A DNA stretch of 64,000 nucleotides from Balanoglossus misakiensis. Taxonomy: Eukaryota; Animalia; Hemichordata. This document shows, piece after piece, positions 1-15,300 of the stretch. Position 1 is the first letter of the stretch, and each line of letters starts with the position of its first letter. Both the position numbers and the translations under genes were made by a program. A model generated the notes under the pieces. It was not told the origin of the DNA. It made no database searches and saw only the letters and a program-made list of their open reading frames with translations. Where the stretch lies: positions 11,317,654 to 11,381,653 of the forward strand of contig CM082577.2 of the NCBI GenBank assembly GCA_040954595.2, in the 5' to 3' direction.

Positions 1-3000
1 GCTATCACTGAACAGACCTCTGTAAAAATTTATCGTTAGCAAAAATTTCCTGTTTTACGGTACCACAAGTATTCACTGTGCTTACAGCCGCCTCTACTAG
101 TAGTGTATAATGTTTGATTTACAGTAGTCCAGTTAAATCAATAAACCTGCATTCCTTGTACAAGTTGTATACATGCCAAGTTTATATTCTGAAGTTCTGC
201 ATATTGTAGCTTGTACTCATTTCCATTTATCCGTTGCAAGAAATACCAGTAGTTACAGGTCACATGTACAGAAAATCTTACTTTCGTATCATAAGATTAG
301 AACCCTGCACATTGATCTACTACCAGAGACTGCCTGAAAGCTAATGACATGTTAATACACAGTAGAAATGTCATTATGTGTGGTCATACAGTAATTGCCA
401 GCACACCGCCTGTCAAGTCTGATCCAGTGCTGCAAAAACATTCATTGGCAAATTTCCAACACCCATTTGTGTTATAGTCATCCTATTCCATCATTTCAAT
501 TTTTATTCCATAAATAAATGACAAAGTACTATTGTTGTCTATTTTGCAAAATGGGGTGTGTGTTTTGTGCAGTCGGCCTAATTACATGTATGCACAGAAA
601 GTACCAGATCATAAATCTTGTGATCATTTAAATAAAATGGCATTTAGGCGAAAACTGTGTACCATCAAAGCTATTAATTTTTTAGTTTCCTGGTTTTTGC
701 AACATTTAGGAAGATGGTGTTTGCCGAATTATTTCTAATGCAAACAGTACATTTTTCTCAGTGTGGATATCACTATAAAATGTATAGTTTCTACTTTATA
801 GCTGTAACTTGGTTTCCTGCAGTACAAAAAGTCATTTTTTTCATTGTTTATTGAACATTCCAGTAGGCTTCACATTCTTTCTTAAAATTGAACAAAAGTG
901 TCTACATGTAATTACATTGAAATAGATACTCAAAGCGGTCTCTCTTTCCAGCATTGACAAAACAGTGCATTAACAGTATAAAACAGCTGTATCTGTGGTT
1001 ATTTAATTGAAATTTATACCAAAAACCCTGTAGGCTGTACTACTAATAATGTCAACATTTCAGAAAGTTTTAGCAAAAGTAGTAATGGAAAATAAAAGAT
1101 ATACACAAAGTCATGAGACCTATTAAGAGAAACAACAACCGTGTATTTTCACAGATTTCAGTTTTCAAGCCTAATTTCGTATTTGAAGTCTCTGTACATA
1201 GCCTTCTGATGGATTAATTGAATGATCGTTGATTGACAGCTAGGACATTTACATGTAGGAACTTTCCTGACTGTGCTACATGTACAATGTACATTGTACG
1301 GTAACAGGTTTGTAAAGGCCACTCTACATGTAGGTATTTTTCTGGATTCATTAGCTGAGAGGGGGGAGGGGCTTGTGTCTGTGATGGCTGAAGAACGAGT
1401 CCACATCATTTGGCTCTGACTGATGGTATCTCAGTTTTCTTCAGCCTTGATGTCTTGTAATGGGACAACGGAAATCGGGATTCATAATGACAGCAACTGT
1501 CAGCCCAAGGATTAACTGCAAAATCCATCTTTCTTATTTAAACCTGTTTGCATTTATTTACCCCAGAAATGGGACTGAAATTACCCAATTGAATTCAAGT
1601 AAAACACAAACAGGGTAAAAGTCAAAAGGTACATTGTTTATTGAATTTGATGCAGACCTTATGGGTTAAAATCTTTATAGAAATTGTTTGAAATTTGACA
1701 GTAAACAATTTGCGGGGAGAATTCAGTAGCCTTGATAGATGGACCAAGTCAATCTGATTGTATCTAAAGCTTGTAGAGTTCAGCCTGGGGCAGAAATGAA
1801 AGGATTTGTGTGTAAAGGATACGTTATGTACGTCATTGTTGGAATGCATTATTGTGCTGTGTAATGATGTTGATAAGAAGGGAGATCATGATAATGGTGT
1901 ACAATATGCAACTTTTTTGGCTTAATCGTTTTAGCCGGTCTAATCAAGATAAAGTACTGTACAAATTTCAGCAACTGGTTAGTTTTGCAGTCAGTACACA
2001 TTACATGTAGAACCTTCAAACAAAATATTGATAAATTTTCACCATGGGTACGCTTCATTTAAAACTGTTGTAAAATTGACTGAGCAATTTATAGGTCCAT
2101 TAGCTGTTTAACTTTGGGCTATTTTTTTCAATATGGCTGCAGTCAGTGCAGTTTGTAAATTCCTGTTTGAATCCCTAAAGCATGATGAAATATTTTGTAT
2201 TAAATTATTGACTCAATCCTTATGTGCGTGATCCAATATCTTATCTTCATGTCTTTTCTTGTCAGTTTGGCAGAAAACAAAAAGAGGTACATTTGTACAT
2301 GTATACTGGGCTAAATCTATATATATCTGAACATGAATTCATTTGTTGACGATAAAAATGTTTGTTGTAGATGCATAATGTTCATAGGCTATGTTGACAG
2401 CAGAGTAATGGGGCATTATAGTGTGGTAGAACTCAACAAAAAACTAAATACACATTATATTAGAAACAAAAAATAGCCACTGGTGTCTGAATTAGTAATG
2501 TTGTTATTTGCATCCGATATGTTGCCATTGCTCATTGTCATTACTGTAGATGTATTTGTTGATTTGTTTCATGTGTTGTGGTCTGCGGACTGTTGTGTTT
2601 TAAGAGCAGCAGAACCCCTAGGGCAGATGTGAAGTTTTGTTTTCGTATTTCACATACAAAATGACCCAATCACAGTAGTACACCAGCTACAAATGTGTTG
2701 TCATAAAAAAGTGAATTATAAAAATTCCAAAATTCCAAGCTATTTTCAATATTTTCATTGAAGCAGAGTTGAATTGTGATGATTAGTAATCAGAATCAGA
2801 TACCACATTAATTAACAAGAATTCTTGTTCGAATAACCTCGTGAATAGAAGTTAGTTAACTTCTGTATTTACGTACATGCAGGTATGTGACGAACTCCGA
2901 GGCATACCTGCCTGATTGATTCAAGCACACTGTACGTAGCAATTTGCTTTGTAGGAATGCGACCATGTCATGTGCGTACATGTTCCACGCATAGATGTAA

Positions 3001-6000
3001 TTCCAGGTTAGCCTATTGTATGACATCACATTATCAGAGTCTTCAAAAATAAAATAACATAGGTGTGGTTTATAAACTCTTAAAGATTTCTCAAGGCATT
3101 TGTTGTCTTATTATTAAGTGGCCCGCCGCGCGATAACTTTCAATGGTGACGTAGATAGCCACCAAGGCAGCAGCTAGGAGAGACATATTTTTCAAATGTC
3201 AAGGTTGAATTTTTTCACGCTGCCCCCGATGATAAAATTGACTGATATGAAAACAAACTGGGTGTCCTGTTATCAAGGGGTCAGGGGAACCTTGGACAGA
3301 CAGGCTCAAGTATGGCCAGAGGTCAGCTGAGCGTTGACAGCTTCATATTCTCGAAAGTGAACGGTCAGTGCATGCAGGGTTGTGCCCTCTCATGTAAACA
3401 ATGGTTGCAAGAGAAGTCATGTGGAAATAATGTAGTTGCATCAAATGCTGTACGTAGGATGGTCAGTGCATGTATTCAATTTCCAACATACACTGATACA
3501 GCTTCAGCGTCAAGACTAATATACACACAGCACTTCGCTTTGGTTTGACCAGATGACCTAGCTGTGATGTGCCATTAATTCTGTTGCGGCACGGTCACTG
3601 TGTGGAGTGACCGTGGTTGCGGTCAGGGTCAGACTGTTTTGTCCAGGTTTCTTCAATTGACAATACAACGAGAGATCTCATTTTATGGGGATATTTATAC
3701 TCTCCCCAAAGTCTTTTTTGTGTGTGGCAGGTTGAGAAGCCCAGTTTAGTTTCTTTCAAAATGAATTTACAGGAGCGCATTAAAATTTGTGAGATGCTTT
3801 CATTGTCCAGCTAGCATGACTAATAATAGATAAGTTCAAAATCCAAGTATCGGTATGTGTACATGAACTTTTGAGGCGAGAGACTTAGCAATTGAGTGGT
3901 GAATATACTATATTGAAAAAAAAGAGTGTGAATGTGGCTTTTAATAGCTAAATTCCCATCACATACTATAGCCCTTTACTAATTAACACCTAAATCTGAC
4001 AATCATGTTGATTGCAATCAACAGACAAGTACTGCCCCCAGTTCCAGGGTGCACTTTGCTGGGTGAACTTTGACCTCCTGCAGAATGGCATGCAGCCACG
4101 CTCTATCTAGGGTAAAAAGGTTGCAGTTTCAAATTTGTGTATCCCCCTCACCGCTATGTTGCAAGCAAACACAGGCGTTCCTTCTTGGCAAACAACCTGT
4201 CAGTTTTCTGCTCTGCTCTGTCAGTGTTTGCAAATAAAACCTGTGCAAGACCGGCCGTCTCTCGTCAAAAGACCGAGGGGGATGGCGTGACAGATTTTTC
4301 AGGCGGTCCGGATGACCATGCTACCGACCCCCACAATTCAAAGGGGACTCGTGGTTGTAATGTTTGCAGCGATATTTGAAACTGCGGCGTACCAGTGGTG
4401 CCCTGTGTAGTATTTTCTGCAAAAACTTTAAACGGTTGTAACGTGAGATGGTGTAATGAAAATTGAAATGCTTCTATTAATGGGAATTTAGGAGGAATAG
4501 ATAAACAGAATGATGGTCTTCCTTGGCATTCCAAATCATCACTGATATCTTGGACGTGTGGAATTAACCGAGCATGCAATGATGACTGACCTTTGTTGAA
4601 CAAAAGTGCCTGGATGACTTTGAACTGAGTATTTGGCCTACAAAAACCACCGAAACATTGCCAAAGGTCACTGGCCTAGCTAATTGAACAAGTGATGTCT
4701 GTTAATTATGATTGTGTAGGTTTATCAGGACTTCATGATAACTGTTTTAATTAAATTAATTTATTAATAGATATTTCTACCAGTGGCAGTAGTATACATG
4801 CTTCTGAAATATTTCTGAATTTTTCATTTTATACCAGAAAAAGTTGTGTGTAATGAAAATGTGGCAAGGACTTCATGACAATTCATGTGAATAAGAATTT
4901 CACACTTTTGAATTAACGATATTTTCAGACTGAGTTCTACAATTTGTCGCCTAGTAAGTGATACATTGTATTTATGACCTTTTCCCCCTCAGAAAACGAG
5001 TTCTTAGCCAGTCCATCAGTTCTATTAAACCACTACAGACAATTAGACATCAAGAAACTACAGATAGCCCTGTAAATATTATAAGTACAATGTACTGAGT
5101 GAAATTTTGAATGCAAAAAGGCATACAGGTGCTGATGTACCATATATCCGTATATGTTTTGAAATTTCTACTGCCCACCAGTGTGTGGAGACCACAGGCT
5201 GTTTTTTCTCTCCAGAAATGAATGAGAACTGAGAACCAATAGCATCCCTGGAGTGAAATGTAAATGATCAGAATGGTTGAAAGCTTTCAATTGAGTATTA
5301 TATCTCATGCATGATAACCAAATCATTATTCGGAGAGATGTATGAAAACTGGAGGATTTGCATGAACTTAAACTCCATTTTCCTCTCTCAGTCAAATATT
5401 TCCTGATGATCCAAAAACAAAGCCACAGGTCAGACTTTTCACAAAAACAATTCATTCAGAAATAGTTAAGGAACAAAATCGCTCACTTTTCACTGATATT
5501 GTGCTTTGTATCCAATATCACAATGACACATCATTGTACAGGTACATTCATATTTCAATTGGCCTGGATCCAATTTTCAATAAATGCTTTGATGGTGTAA
5601 TTTGAGTAAATCTCATTCCGGTATTTTTATTTTACAGTTTGTGTTATGGATATTTTTATACGTGTCCTTATGCACGTTTACTTCACAGTTGAGATCATAA
5701 AATCACTTCCTGTTTATATTTTATGATTGAAGGTTGATAACATAGTTAGTAGAAGAAAAAAAAATCGGACATCACATGGTACACTCTCAATGTAGAGATT
5801 GATAACACAGAGCTGTGATTAATGTATATTCATAAATGTGAAAGCAATGATGATAGCACTCATTGAGACCGTCATTGTTGAATCATTGTACATCTGTGGT
5901 GTGTATAAAAATAGACAGGTGATATACATGTATACCTTGCAATGATGAATATTTCATTTGTACCCGTAGAAATGAAATTTCAGATTGTGGTTGCACGTAT

Positions 6001-6244
6001 CTTGCCTCAGAAGTGAAATTAAGCATTGTGGCCGGCACAGCTATAGGCTACAACTTATGGCAGTCGTTTGCTCACTACGCTATGAAATTACAGAAAGCAA
6101 ACCATGGCAGATTAAAATGAGTATTTAGGAAATGAAATTCAATCTGATATCGGTGTTGCAAATGAAGTGCCATTAGGGGTAACTCACACGGCCTGCAGCA
6201 TTTTAACTTTTTTTTGGTTCTATTTCTGTCTCCGCTTTCCACAG

Positions 6245-6305
6245 GCATTGAGCACAAGACGACGACCATTCTACTGGATGGAAAGAAAGTCAAGTTACAG
6301 TTATG
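6245..6305 (+). CDS. RAB40: Rab40 coding exon (switch I / beta2-beta3), 61 nt
   Basis: Acceptor ttccacag, donor gtaagt; encodes [21 protein letters not shown]. Not in the ORF track. Confidence 0.95.
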
Positions 6306-9300
6306 GTAAGTTGTATATATGTATACACGCATGATTTAGCTGGAAATTGATCTAGTCAAATTGATGCATGGATACATACACTGCACAATAGACCACATGG
6401 CCAAGCGACCTCATACATTCTCCCGGTCACCTAAACTAATACTTGGGGAGTTTTTTATTTCCCCCCGCAATTCAATACACCTCGCGGCCTATCAACAGAA
6501 CGCGACAACAAAACAACAGTCACGGAAATCAATTCACAGCTGTAAACAGTTACAAGATCTTGCCTCCTCTGTAACAAGTCGTAACAGGTAAACATTGTCT
6601 TAAAAGAAGGACAACACTCAAGTTTGAAAGGAAAAAATTCCAAGTGCCGGAGTTTCTTTGTGGAGTTATTTTATTGCAGAGGTCAAACTCATTGCCAAGT
6701 CACGCAGTGTCAAGAGTCAAGGCATGGTTACCAAAACAGATTTTAAAGTATTGATTTACAGTTGACCATAAATGCGATTGTATAGAACCATCAGTTCCTT
6801 GTAATGAAGCTGTTGCCAATGGTTTTAGAAATGTTGACATTCAAAACAAATTACTAGATGCAGAAGAAAAGTTTTTACTCCTTTGTTCTGCTTTATATGT
6901 GGTAAAAAAAAAATTTTCTTCAGCTAAATGTTGTAACATCAGAAAGGTGTACATGAAAATCTTCGAACAGGAACGATTGCGATTTGACCATTACTTAAGT
7001 TAATTAATTCTTGAAACACCATCAGTACTTTCCCCAGAAATTTCTGAATGCAGTGTTTGTTCATTTGCATAACAGTGCAACCATTTGTTATGATATGTTT
7101 TTTCCCAAAATTATGGTTAAAGATATCAGCCACATTCGTTTATTTTCTCTGTGGAGAACACCGACAATGGAAATCACTCAATTAAAATAAAAATATTACA
7201 AAGCACATTTAGATACTCGTAGTCCACAACATGGTCCTGCTAAAATCCCTGAGTGAACCGATAGATTTACACACGCATCGTACAGCCAGCTTATTTTAAT
7301 GAGTTCGTCTGTGTATTTTTGATATCATTTCCTATTTCTCTGTCCCTGGTGTTTTATTTTTAAATTAAATACCCAGATGGTGTTGTTAGCCCTGCGAGGC
7401 TATTGTGTTTTTTGTATCAGCATATCAAATTCACCGGCACCTCCGTCTGTATGCGAGCCGGGACAAAGCGGTTTGCACAATGGCAGCTGTACCATATTTG
7501 ATGGACTGGATGAAATTTTCTAAATGGCCTTTTTATTGTGTGGCACTAGAGAATTTGCATGGTGATCAGTCAGGGCTATTGTGAAATTGCTCCCGCACTC
7601 CTAACAAGACAATGAAAGGGTGCCTTTTTAATAAGAAACTCAAACCTTATTATTATTGCAGTTTGATTTTTTTTTCCACTTTCAACTAATTTTGTAAAGT
7701 GCCTGTCATTTTAATCGTATTTCAGCCGCACGATTAGCATAAGCAATTATATTAATTGGCAGTGGGTATATCGAGTTACGGATTACAGTGTTGGTTCAGC
7801 TCCTGGTATTTGGCTTTGTTAGAACCCTGTCAATTTTCCGAACCGGTGCGCGGAACTTTTTTAACAATTTATTCAGCTGTTCGAAGCGAACATCGGATAT
7901 GTTTTGAAAACACTTTCAGTCCCTCACTGCAAAACAGGCTTTATTAAACTGCCCACCTCCTTCAGAGTCTTGAAGTTATCCTTTATTCATGAAATAGTCT
8001 CAAGGCACTGTTTGAAGTATTTTTCGTTTCGTAAAGATAGACATTAATTGATACAGTTCCAAACCACCCCTGACTCCAATTAATCTGATAACTATGATCT
8101 TCACTGCTGCAATCAATAAAGTGGGCCTCCAATTAGAGAGATCTTGTCATTCAAATCTGACAAAAACGTAAGACCCAATCAATAATGTGTGTGAATTACT
8201 GTGCATTTAGTATTTAGGTTTGAACTGTATTGACATTGCATAGTTTACATCTTTGCATTCCATTTGATTTAAGTACCTTGTCTGTCAGCAGCCGTTAAAA
8301 GTCAAACTGCTCAACACTTCTCTTTTTTTTTGGTAACATGTTCTTCTTTTTCCATTTTTACCATTAAATACAGCTTAAAAAGTTATATATTTCAAGAAAT
8401 CAATAGCCATAAATGAAAATATTCTAAGAGAGTGCATTTGAAATTGAATAGTCTCTTGTGAAAGGGAAAATTGCATAAAAACACCTTTATTCTGGGTGTT
8501 AATAATAATATTAAATCAAATATTTGTTCAGTTAGTCGCCATTCATATTTTATTCCTTTGATGCTTAGCTGCTCAATCGTTTAAATATTTACCTAGACAA
8601 GAAGTTTAAATTTTTAATTGAAATAGTTTTCTGAACAAACATTCGTTTCAAGATGTTCGCAGTGGACGGTTAATACAGGCTGGAGGCAAGAAATCTGAGG
8701 AGTAATTTGACGCGACAGATTTTCTAATATTTGTGGATTTAATACTCTTGTTGGTGGCTATGCAACATCTCACAAAAACTGTTAAGTGGCCACTATGGAT
8801 TGTAGATGTAGGGATATGAACAAGAAACTGCAGTAGACACACAAAACAAAAATACTGAAAAGTTACAGCTATTAATGGAGCATTAACAAAACCGGTACAT
8901 GTAAACACACAGACTGAGTCAGCTATACGAAGTTTTGTGATATTTTATGCAAAATAAATTGTTGAATTAGCAGCCATTGTTCTTTCAGTGAGTTTCTCTG
9001 TTGCTACATGTATGGGTGTGGTCCCAGTTAATAGTCTAGTTTCATCACTTTAATATTGAGCAGCAAGAGAATTTTTAAGAGACTGTTTTCTGCGCCAATA
9101 AATTACAAGTTTGGCATTAAAAACTGACATGTCGTGTGCTATAAACTTGGCAATTACACCACGTTGGAGGTTGATCCACTCCAGGGATCTGATATACTGG
9201 TAATCAATGCAACACCTTTTGCCGCCCGATTCTCATCCTGTCTTGAAAATTTCCATGGTACTTGGTGCCAGTGCAATTTACACTTGAAAAGGCGCTGTAC

Positions 9301-12300
9301 CACTTTCCACAGTGAATGAGAGCCACGCAGGTCGGAGTTCAAATGCAGCTTATTGCTTGTGATTCCGTGACATGACCTCAGAAGCTTCTCTGAATAATGC
9401 AGCAAGCTGATCTCAGTTGTAAACTATTTAGTTCTAAAAGCGTTTTATATTTTGGTCGCAGGTCAGCCCTTTCACACCCTTCCCTTTGCTGGATAAATAC
9501 ACCAAGTCTCTTTATAAAACAACGGGGTGAAACCACAGGATTTGTGTGACGTTTGGTGACTGGGTCACTTTGTAATAGGCAAGTGAGATTTGCTATAGAG
9601 CAGCTGGCGCTAGATGAAATTAATAGTGATTGTCTGGTGATCTTCAGAGGTGCTTTTTATTAAAACACAACTTGGCTTCAGATGATTCCTATGAACTCTG
9701 TCAGAATCCTCGCTGGCATAGACTGGTATCTGGTTGAATCCTTTCCCATGATGTTACAAGTACAATGTACATGATTGTATCCAATGGTACATTGCATTGT
9801 GGGAATGGCGCCAAATCTTGACATCCAACGGCACCTTGCATTATGGGAATGGTCTGAATCCTCTCCTACAATGCTGTACATGTACAGTATATGTATGTTG
9901 CCAAATTATAAGTTAACCCAATGGGATTGTGGGATTGCTGTGAAGTTAAAGTTGTTTTGAGAAACATTGAAAAGTGTGAAGGTGTGAACTCGAGATTAAA
10001 GACGGCTGACAAGCTGAAACTAAACGTATTTTAGTCCTAAAATATACACTGGTGAGAAAAGTACTGAACACAGCTAGATCATGATTGAATATCGCGGCCG
10101 TTTATTACCGCAGTCCGTCTGCGGGTCATTGAAATTGATGGTGTCAGAGAAAAACTACTTTCCCTCTGGGCAGCAGAACTCTCTGAACTGCACAAAAGGT
10201 TGCTGGGAATACAAGGTTCCTGGTGATAATGATCAATTCTGTTCAAATCAGACACCGTCGTCGCGTTGCCCTGTCTGTGAACCCAGGTGTCTGCATGTCG
10301 TGTCGCCAACAGTCGCTTGAGCTTGCCACCTTAATTCCGACAACTCTGCTGGAAAAATGATCGGTAGACATCAGGGCTGCGTAACTGCTAATCCGCAAAT
10401 ATAGATGTACATCAAGTGGCAGTGAGGCTGATACATTGTCTAGCTTAGGAATTTCTTTCTTGATTTCTCTTTTTTATCAAGCAAATCATTTCATAGATCG
10501 ACCTCTCCTGACCAATGTACATGTACTACTGTAACATTTCTATTCCTTTCAGATTCAATTCAAACCATCAATCGTCTTCTAGAAATCTTCCATTTTTGTA
10601 AATACTTAGAAGGAGAGTACTTTTAACTACTTTTTTGAGTATTTTTGTTCTGTGCAACAATCACAGTATAAAAATTGTAGCCCATTACAGCATACTACAC
10701 ACCCAGTCCTTGGCTTGTCAGCATAGTCTGAGCTGCATCTGAGTAGTGGCTAATGTTATACCGGTAGTTGACAAATAAACTGATACAGTGATAGTAATAT
10801 GCAAGTGCGGTAGGCGATATAACCACATCAACAAACAGAACAAAATTACTTGAAAAAGTCAAAAGTATGTCCTATGTAAGTTTTAAATCACTGGGTGCTA
10901 ATACGCAGTATCAGTTACACCATTCACTGCAAATCTGCATTCACTCATGACTCTGAGGGTGGTTACAGCAAGAAAGGTTAGCATATCAGCTATACATGTA
11001 GTTCTGTGTGTATGCGGACTATCACTTGATACCTGTTTTCAAGTTACGACTGAGGGAGCCAGTTTATCAAGATCAGAATGGTAAACATAAAAGAGGGAGC
11101 GGCTGTCTACAGTCTACCGTACATAAATCAGAAATCCAATATTATTAAGAAAGGGTATAGGCGCACATGATGAGAAGCACTGCACTGGTTGTCCTTGGGG
11201 GAAAAGTACATGAAATATTGTCATTACAGTGCAGCTTAGGAATAGCTTTCCAACTGCACCAACACTGGGTCAGCTCTGTTTAAACACTGGGTCAACTCTG
11301 GGTTGGCACCCTATTGGCGCTCTAATTAGCACCTATTGGGCTTGTGTTTAACTGGGGTGTTCCAAAACAATAGGGTGCACCAAGGTGCTAACACTGAACA
11401 ATGCCAAGTGCCAGGGCCAACAGATTCACACCTTTGTAACACTTGGAACACACAGGCTAACACTGTGTGCCAAAACAATAGGGTGCGCCAAGGTTTAACA
11501 CCTTTGTAGCACATGCTAACACTGAACAATGCCAAGTGCCAGGGCCAACAGATTCACACCTTTGTAACACTTGGAACACACAGGCTAACACTGTGTTGGC
11601 TCATTATAAACACCGTGTCAGCAAGTTGTTAGCAAATTGGAAAGCTATTCCTAAGCTGCACTGTATACACTTGCCACTAAATCACACTAGAGCGAAATCA
11701 GCCTGGATCTGCAGGGCAACATACAGACGGCCCTGGTCGGTTCATTTACCTCTTGTCTTGGCTATACGCATGACGACTTTCTAATGATTTATGGAGCACA
11801 GGTGAAATGGCTTTTCACGTTCATGGTCATTGCCGTCCCTGCTTTCCCATTCTGACCTTCCTGGCACCATATGATTTGTGTTCAGCTTTAATATGCAATT
11901 AGCCGCATCCGCAGGACTTTTCCATGCGGCCACACAATAGAATCCGCGATGAATTTGCTTTTAACATTTCCTGTTCTATGGAGATGACCTTGATTATGAT
12001 TAATTTGATACCATATTGATTGCAAATTTCTGACAACCGAATCAGATGTAAAGCCGATCCAGAGAACACAAACTGATTTTCCACTCAGATAGCAAAGTTT
12101 GCCTTTAAAGCTGCTCAGATGAACCTCTTTAAATATCAGTATGGCCTGAATATGTCACAGTTTGACCTAATAATATAGAAATGCCAATTTGAAACATACA
12201 ATTAATAGATTATGACCTTACATGTATGGACCAATGTCGAAATAAGTACGGTGTCGCCTTGTGAAAATGATAAACTTTCCCTGTAGAATTCTTTCGTACA

Positions 12301-15300
12301 GCGACATTTCAATTTGGCACTAATCAGGTGAAAGTCTGGCTACATGACGCCACAGTAGCGACGGATTTCAGTGACCCAGGGACTGTATGTTGAATGAAAA
12401 TAACTTGACTGTGTTTTCTCTGAGATCTCATGTATCAATTAAAGTGCTGGAATCTAATGTCGCCATGTTTATTTCTGCATGTCAACATGTCTATTTTGCC
12501 TATTACTGATTTTTATTTCTCAAATAATAAAAAATACATTTACACCACAAGACCTACCGGTATGTTAATTTCATCCTGTGATTTGTGTTGTTTTAATTCA
12601 GGGATGCGTCTGGACAGGGCAGGTTTTGTACGATATTCCGGTCGTATTCCAGAGGAGCTCAAGGTATATTACTGGTGTACGACATTACGAGTAAATGGTC
12701 ATTTGATGGCATCGACCGATGGATCAAAGAAGTCGAAGAGGTGAGATTTTTTTAGGAAATTTGATTAAAACTTTTGCAAGAACGACATTTAAAAGGGGGT
12801 GTTGTTTATCTATCAAGACTCTTAAGTGAAAAACTCGCCAAAATGAATAATCGGTGTTTACAATTTATTCATTTTGGCAAGATTTTTACTCTCATATCCT
12901 CCAAACAGGATGGAAGTTGTGTGAGTCCAAACGTTGATTCACTATATATCCACATGTAGAATAACATAAACGGTGTCTTGTATCAAACATAATTATTGGA
13001 AAAAGGGCAGTGAGAGAGAGACTAATTTGTCCCTTTAAGTACCACCATATTTGTATCACCCAAAATTTTATTCTGTTTTGACTGCAAAATTCATTTAGAG
13101 AAATTTCAACCAGGCCAGCCACTTCAAGATCCATTATCGTTTGCAAATACACCGTAAAAGCAGCGTGTTATTGAAGTTGAAGCTGTTTCGATTCAATTAT
13201 CGATGTAGTTATGTCCACTTTCCCATTTACATTTTCCAGTCCAAACAATAAAAATGCTGGAGGGACTAATACTTCATGTTGGAGACACACACGCAAAAAC
13301 GTGCTTCACTGTAAGATACTGTAAAACACTTTATTTTCGCGAGTTGAAATTTTCACGATATCGAGACAGGCCACTGCTTCGCGAGTATTAATTTTCACGT
13401 TCTCTTATTTCGTTCATTGCATCGTTAACTTAAACAAATTTATGCGACTTTTTATTTTCACGCTATTTTGGCTCTCGCGTAGTTCGCCAAAATTTATTGC
13501 TCGCGAAAATAAAGTGTTGTACAGTATTCCACACTAGCTTGTATTCTTGCAAGCCCAATAATTCAACAGATCTGTTATATTCTGTACGGCTCAACATTAA
13601 CTGTTTGAAAAGCAGACTGAGTGATCATTGTGGCCTGCAGGGACACTTTACCAGCATTTGCTTGCACGAACATTCAGCAAATAGGAAGTTATCAATTCAG
13701 AGCTGTACTGTTCTGTGCTGTCCTCAATAAATTTAAACATGCTATAAAAGGCATCCATGGTATTTTATACATCGCTGGCTTCATCCATTAACTGTGTTTA
13801 TTGTGCTGTCTGCACGATTTATTCTGGACCAGCAGTCGCCGCTTTCAGTGGTATGGGTGCTTGTCGCGTGTGTTTCGATCTGACTCGCTGGAAAGTGCAG
13901 TCAGGGTATTTATCCCGATTAAAGTGTTCTGATGGCTAGCTATGTATTGTTGTGTGAAATTACTGTAAAATACTTTATTTTCGCGAGTTGAAATTTTCGC
14001 CATATCGAGATAGGCCACTGTTTCGCGAGTATGGAGACAGCTAATTTGATGGAAATGAATAGTGGAAAAACTAACACGTTGGATATTGACTTGATACTGA
14101 CGTGTGAAATGAAGGTTGTGGCAGCTTAGTGGAATTGATAGGATTGTATTGTGTGTGAACAGAAATGCAACAGTTACGGAATTGGTGAAATATACACATT
14201 TATTCTCTCATTACTTCCAGCACTTTTCTCCACCTGTTTGTTATATTCAAAGCACAAAACCATCGCATTATTGTCTGTCTGAGCACCGCGCACCATCCAT
14301 TGTCTGATTAGCATTTAAGGATGTACAAGCGGTAAAAAAATGTGGATTTTAGGATTCTCCTTTGAAAGTGTTAAATAAATTCTGTAATAACTATAGGGAT
14401 CACTGTGCTTGTTTGTTTAATACAAGGCTGTGATGATAAGGGGGGGGGGGGGGGGATGCTGAGTCAGCATTTTTTCACCAGTAGTTTTTCTGTGGTTGAA
14501 TTCCACATTCAACAAGGTTTATCTCAAAATGACCATACAAGTTTATTCAAACACTAAATTTAATTTCTTTTTGCTGAGCTACATGTACATTTAGGTTCAA
14601 AACTTCATGTAAAAGAGGAGAATACTGGTTTTCTAGCAAATCTCAGTGTAATCCTATGGGAAGAGACAAATTCTACATGCTCGTACATCCTGACACTACA
14701 GTGACATAATTATACACATCAGCAGGTTGACTGGAATTTGTGCACCAGGCTGTGCTGCCTCTGGCACAGTTTTTGAGAAGTGAATACACTTCAGACTTTC
14801 GATTAGAACTTTGGTTGATTGGGAATGGAGACAAGTGCATTGAACAAACTCAGTAGCATGTACATAAAAATCTTGTAAAAGCACATGTACAATGTAGGAC
14901 TTGTTTCTCTCTCCCTCAAACCTCACCCTCCCCTCCCCACACTGGTAGGTTTCCGAAATAAATAACGTTGCCATTTGTCCAGTTTCATTTTTTAATTCCA
15001 GAAAAACGTTGATGTTATTGAAAAAAAAACCATGGTATAATCAGCAACAAAAATAAGAGATCCAACTGGAAACTTGTTTGATTAATCACATGGCAATCTT
15101 CTCTGGTCTTTTCCACAGCATGCTCCAGGCGTTCCCAAAATTTTAGTCGGCAACCGACTACACTTGGCGTTCAAACGACAGGTCAGCACGGGGATAGCCG
15201 AGTCGTACGCGATGAAAAACGACATGGATTTCTTTGAAGTCAGTCCGCTTTGCGATTTCAACATCGTGGAATCGCTGACCGAACTCTCACGGAAGGTACT

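Noticed and set aside
4123-4385. RNase P/MRP, 7SK or SRP RNA identity for the structured block
   Set aside because: The diagnostic conserved motifs and a Pol III terminator were not found on either strand.
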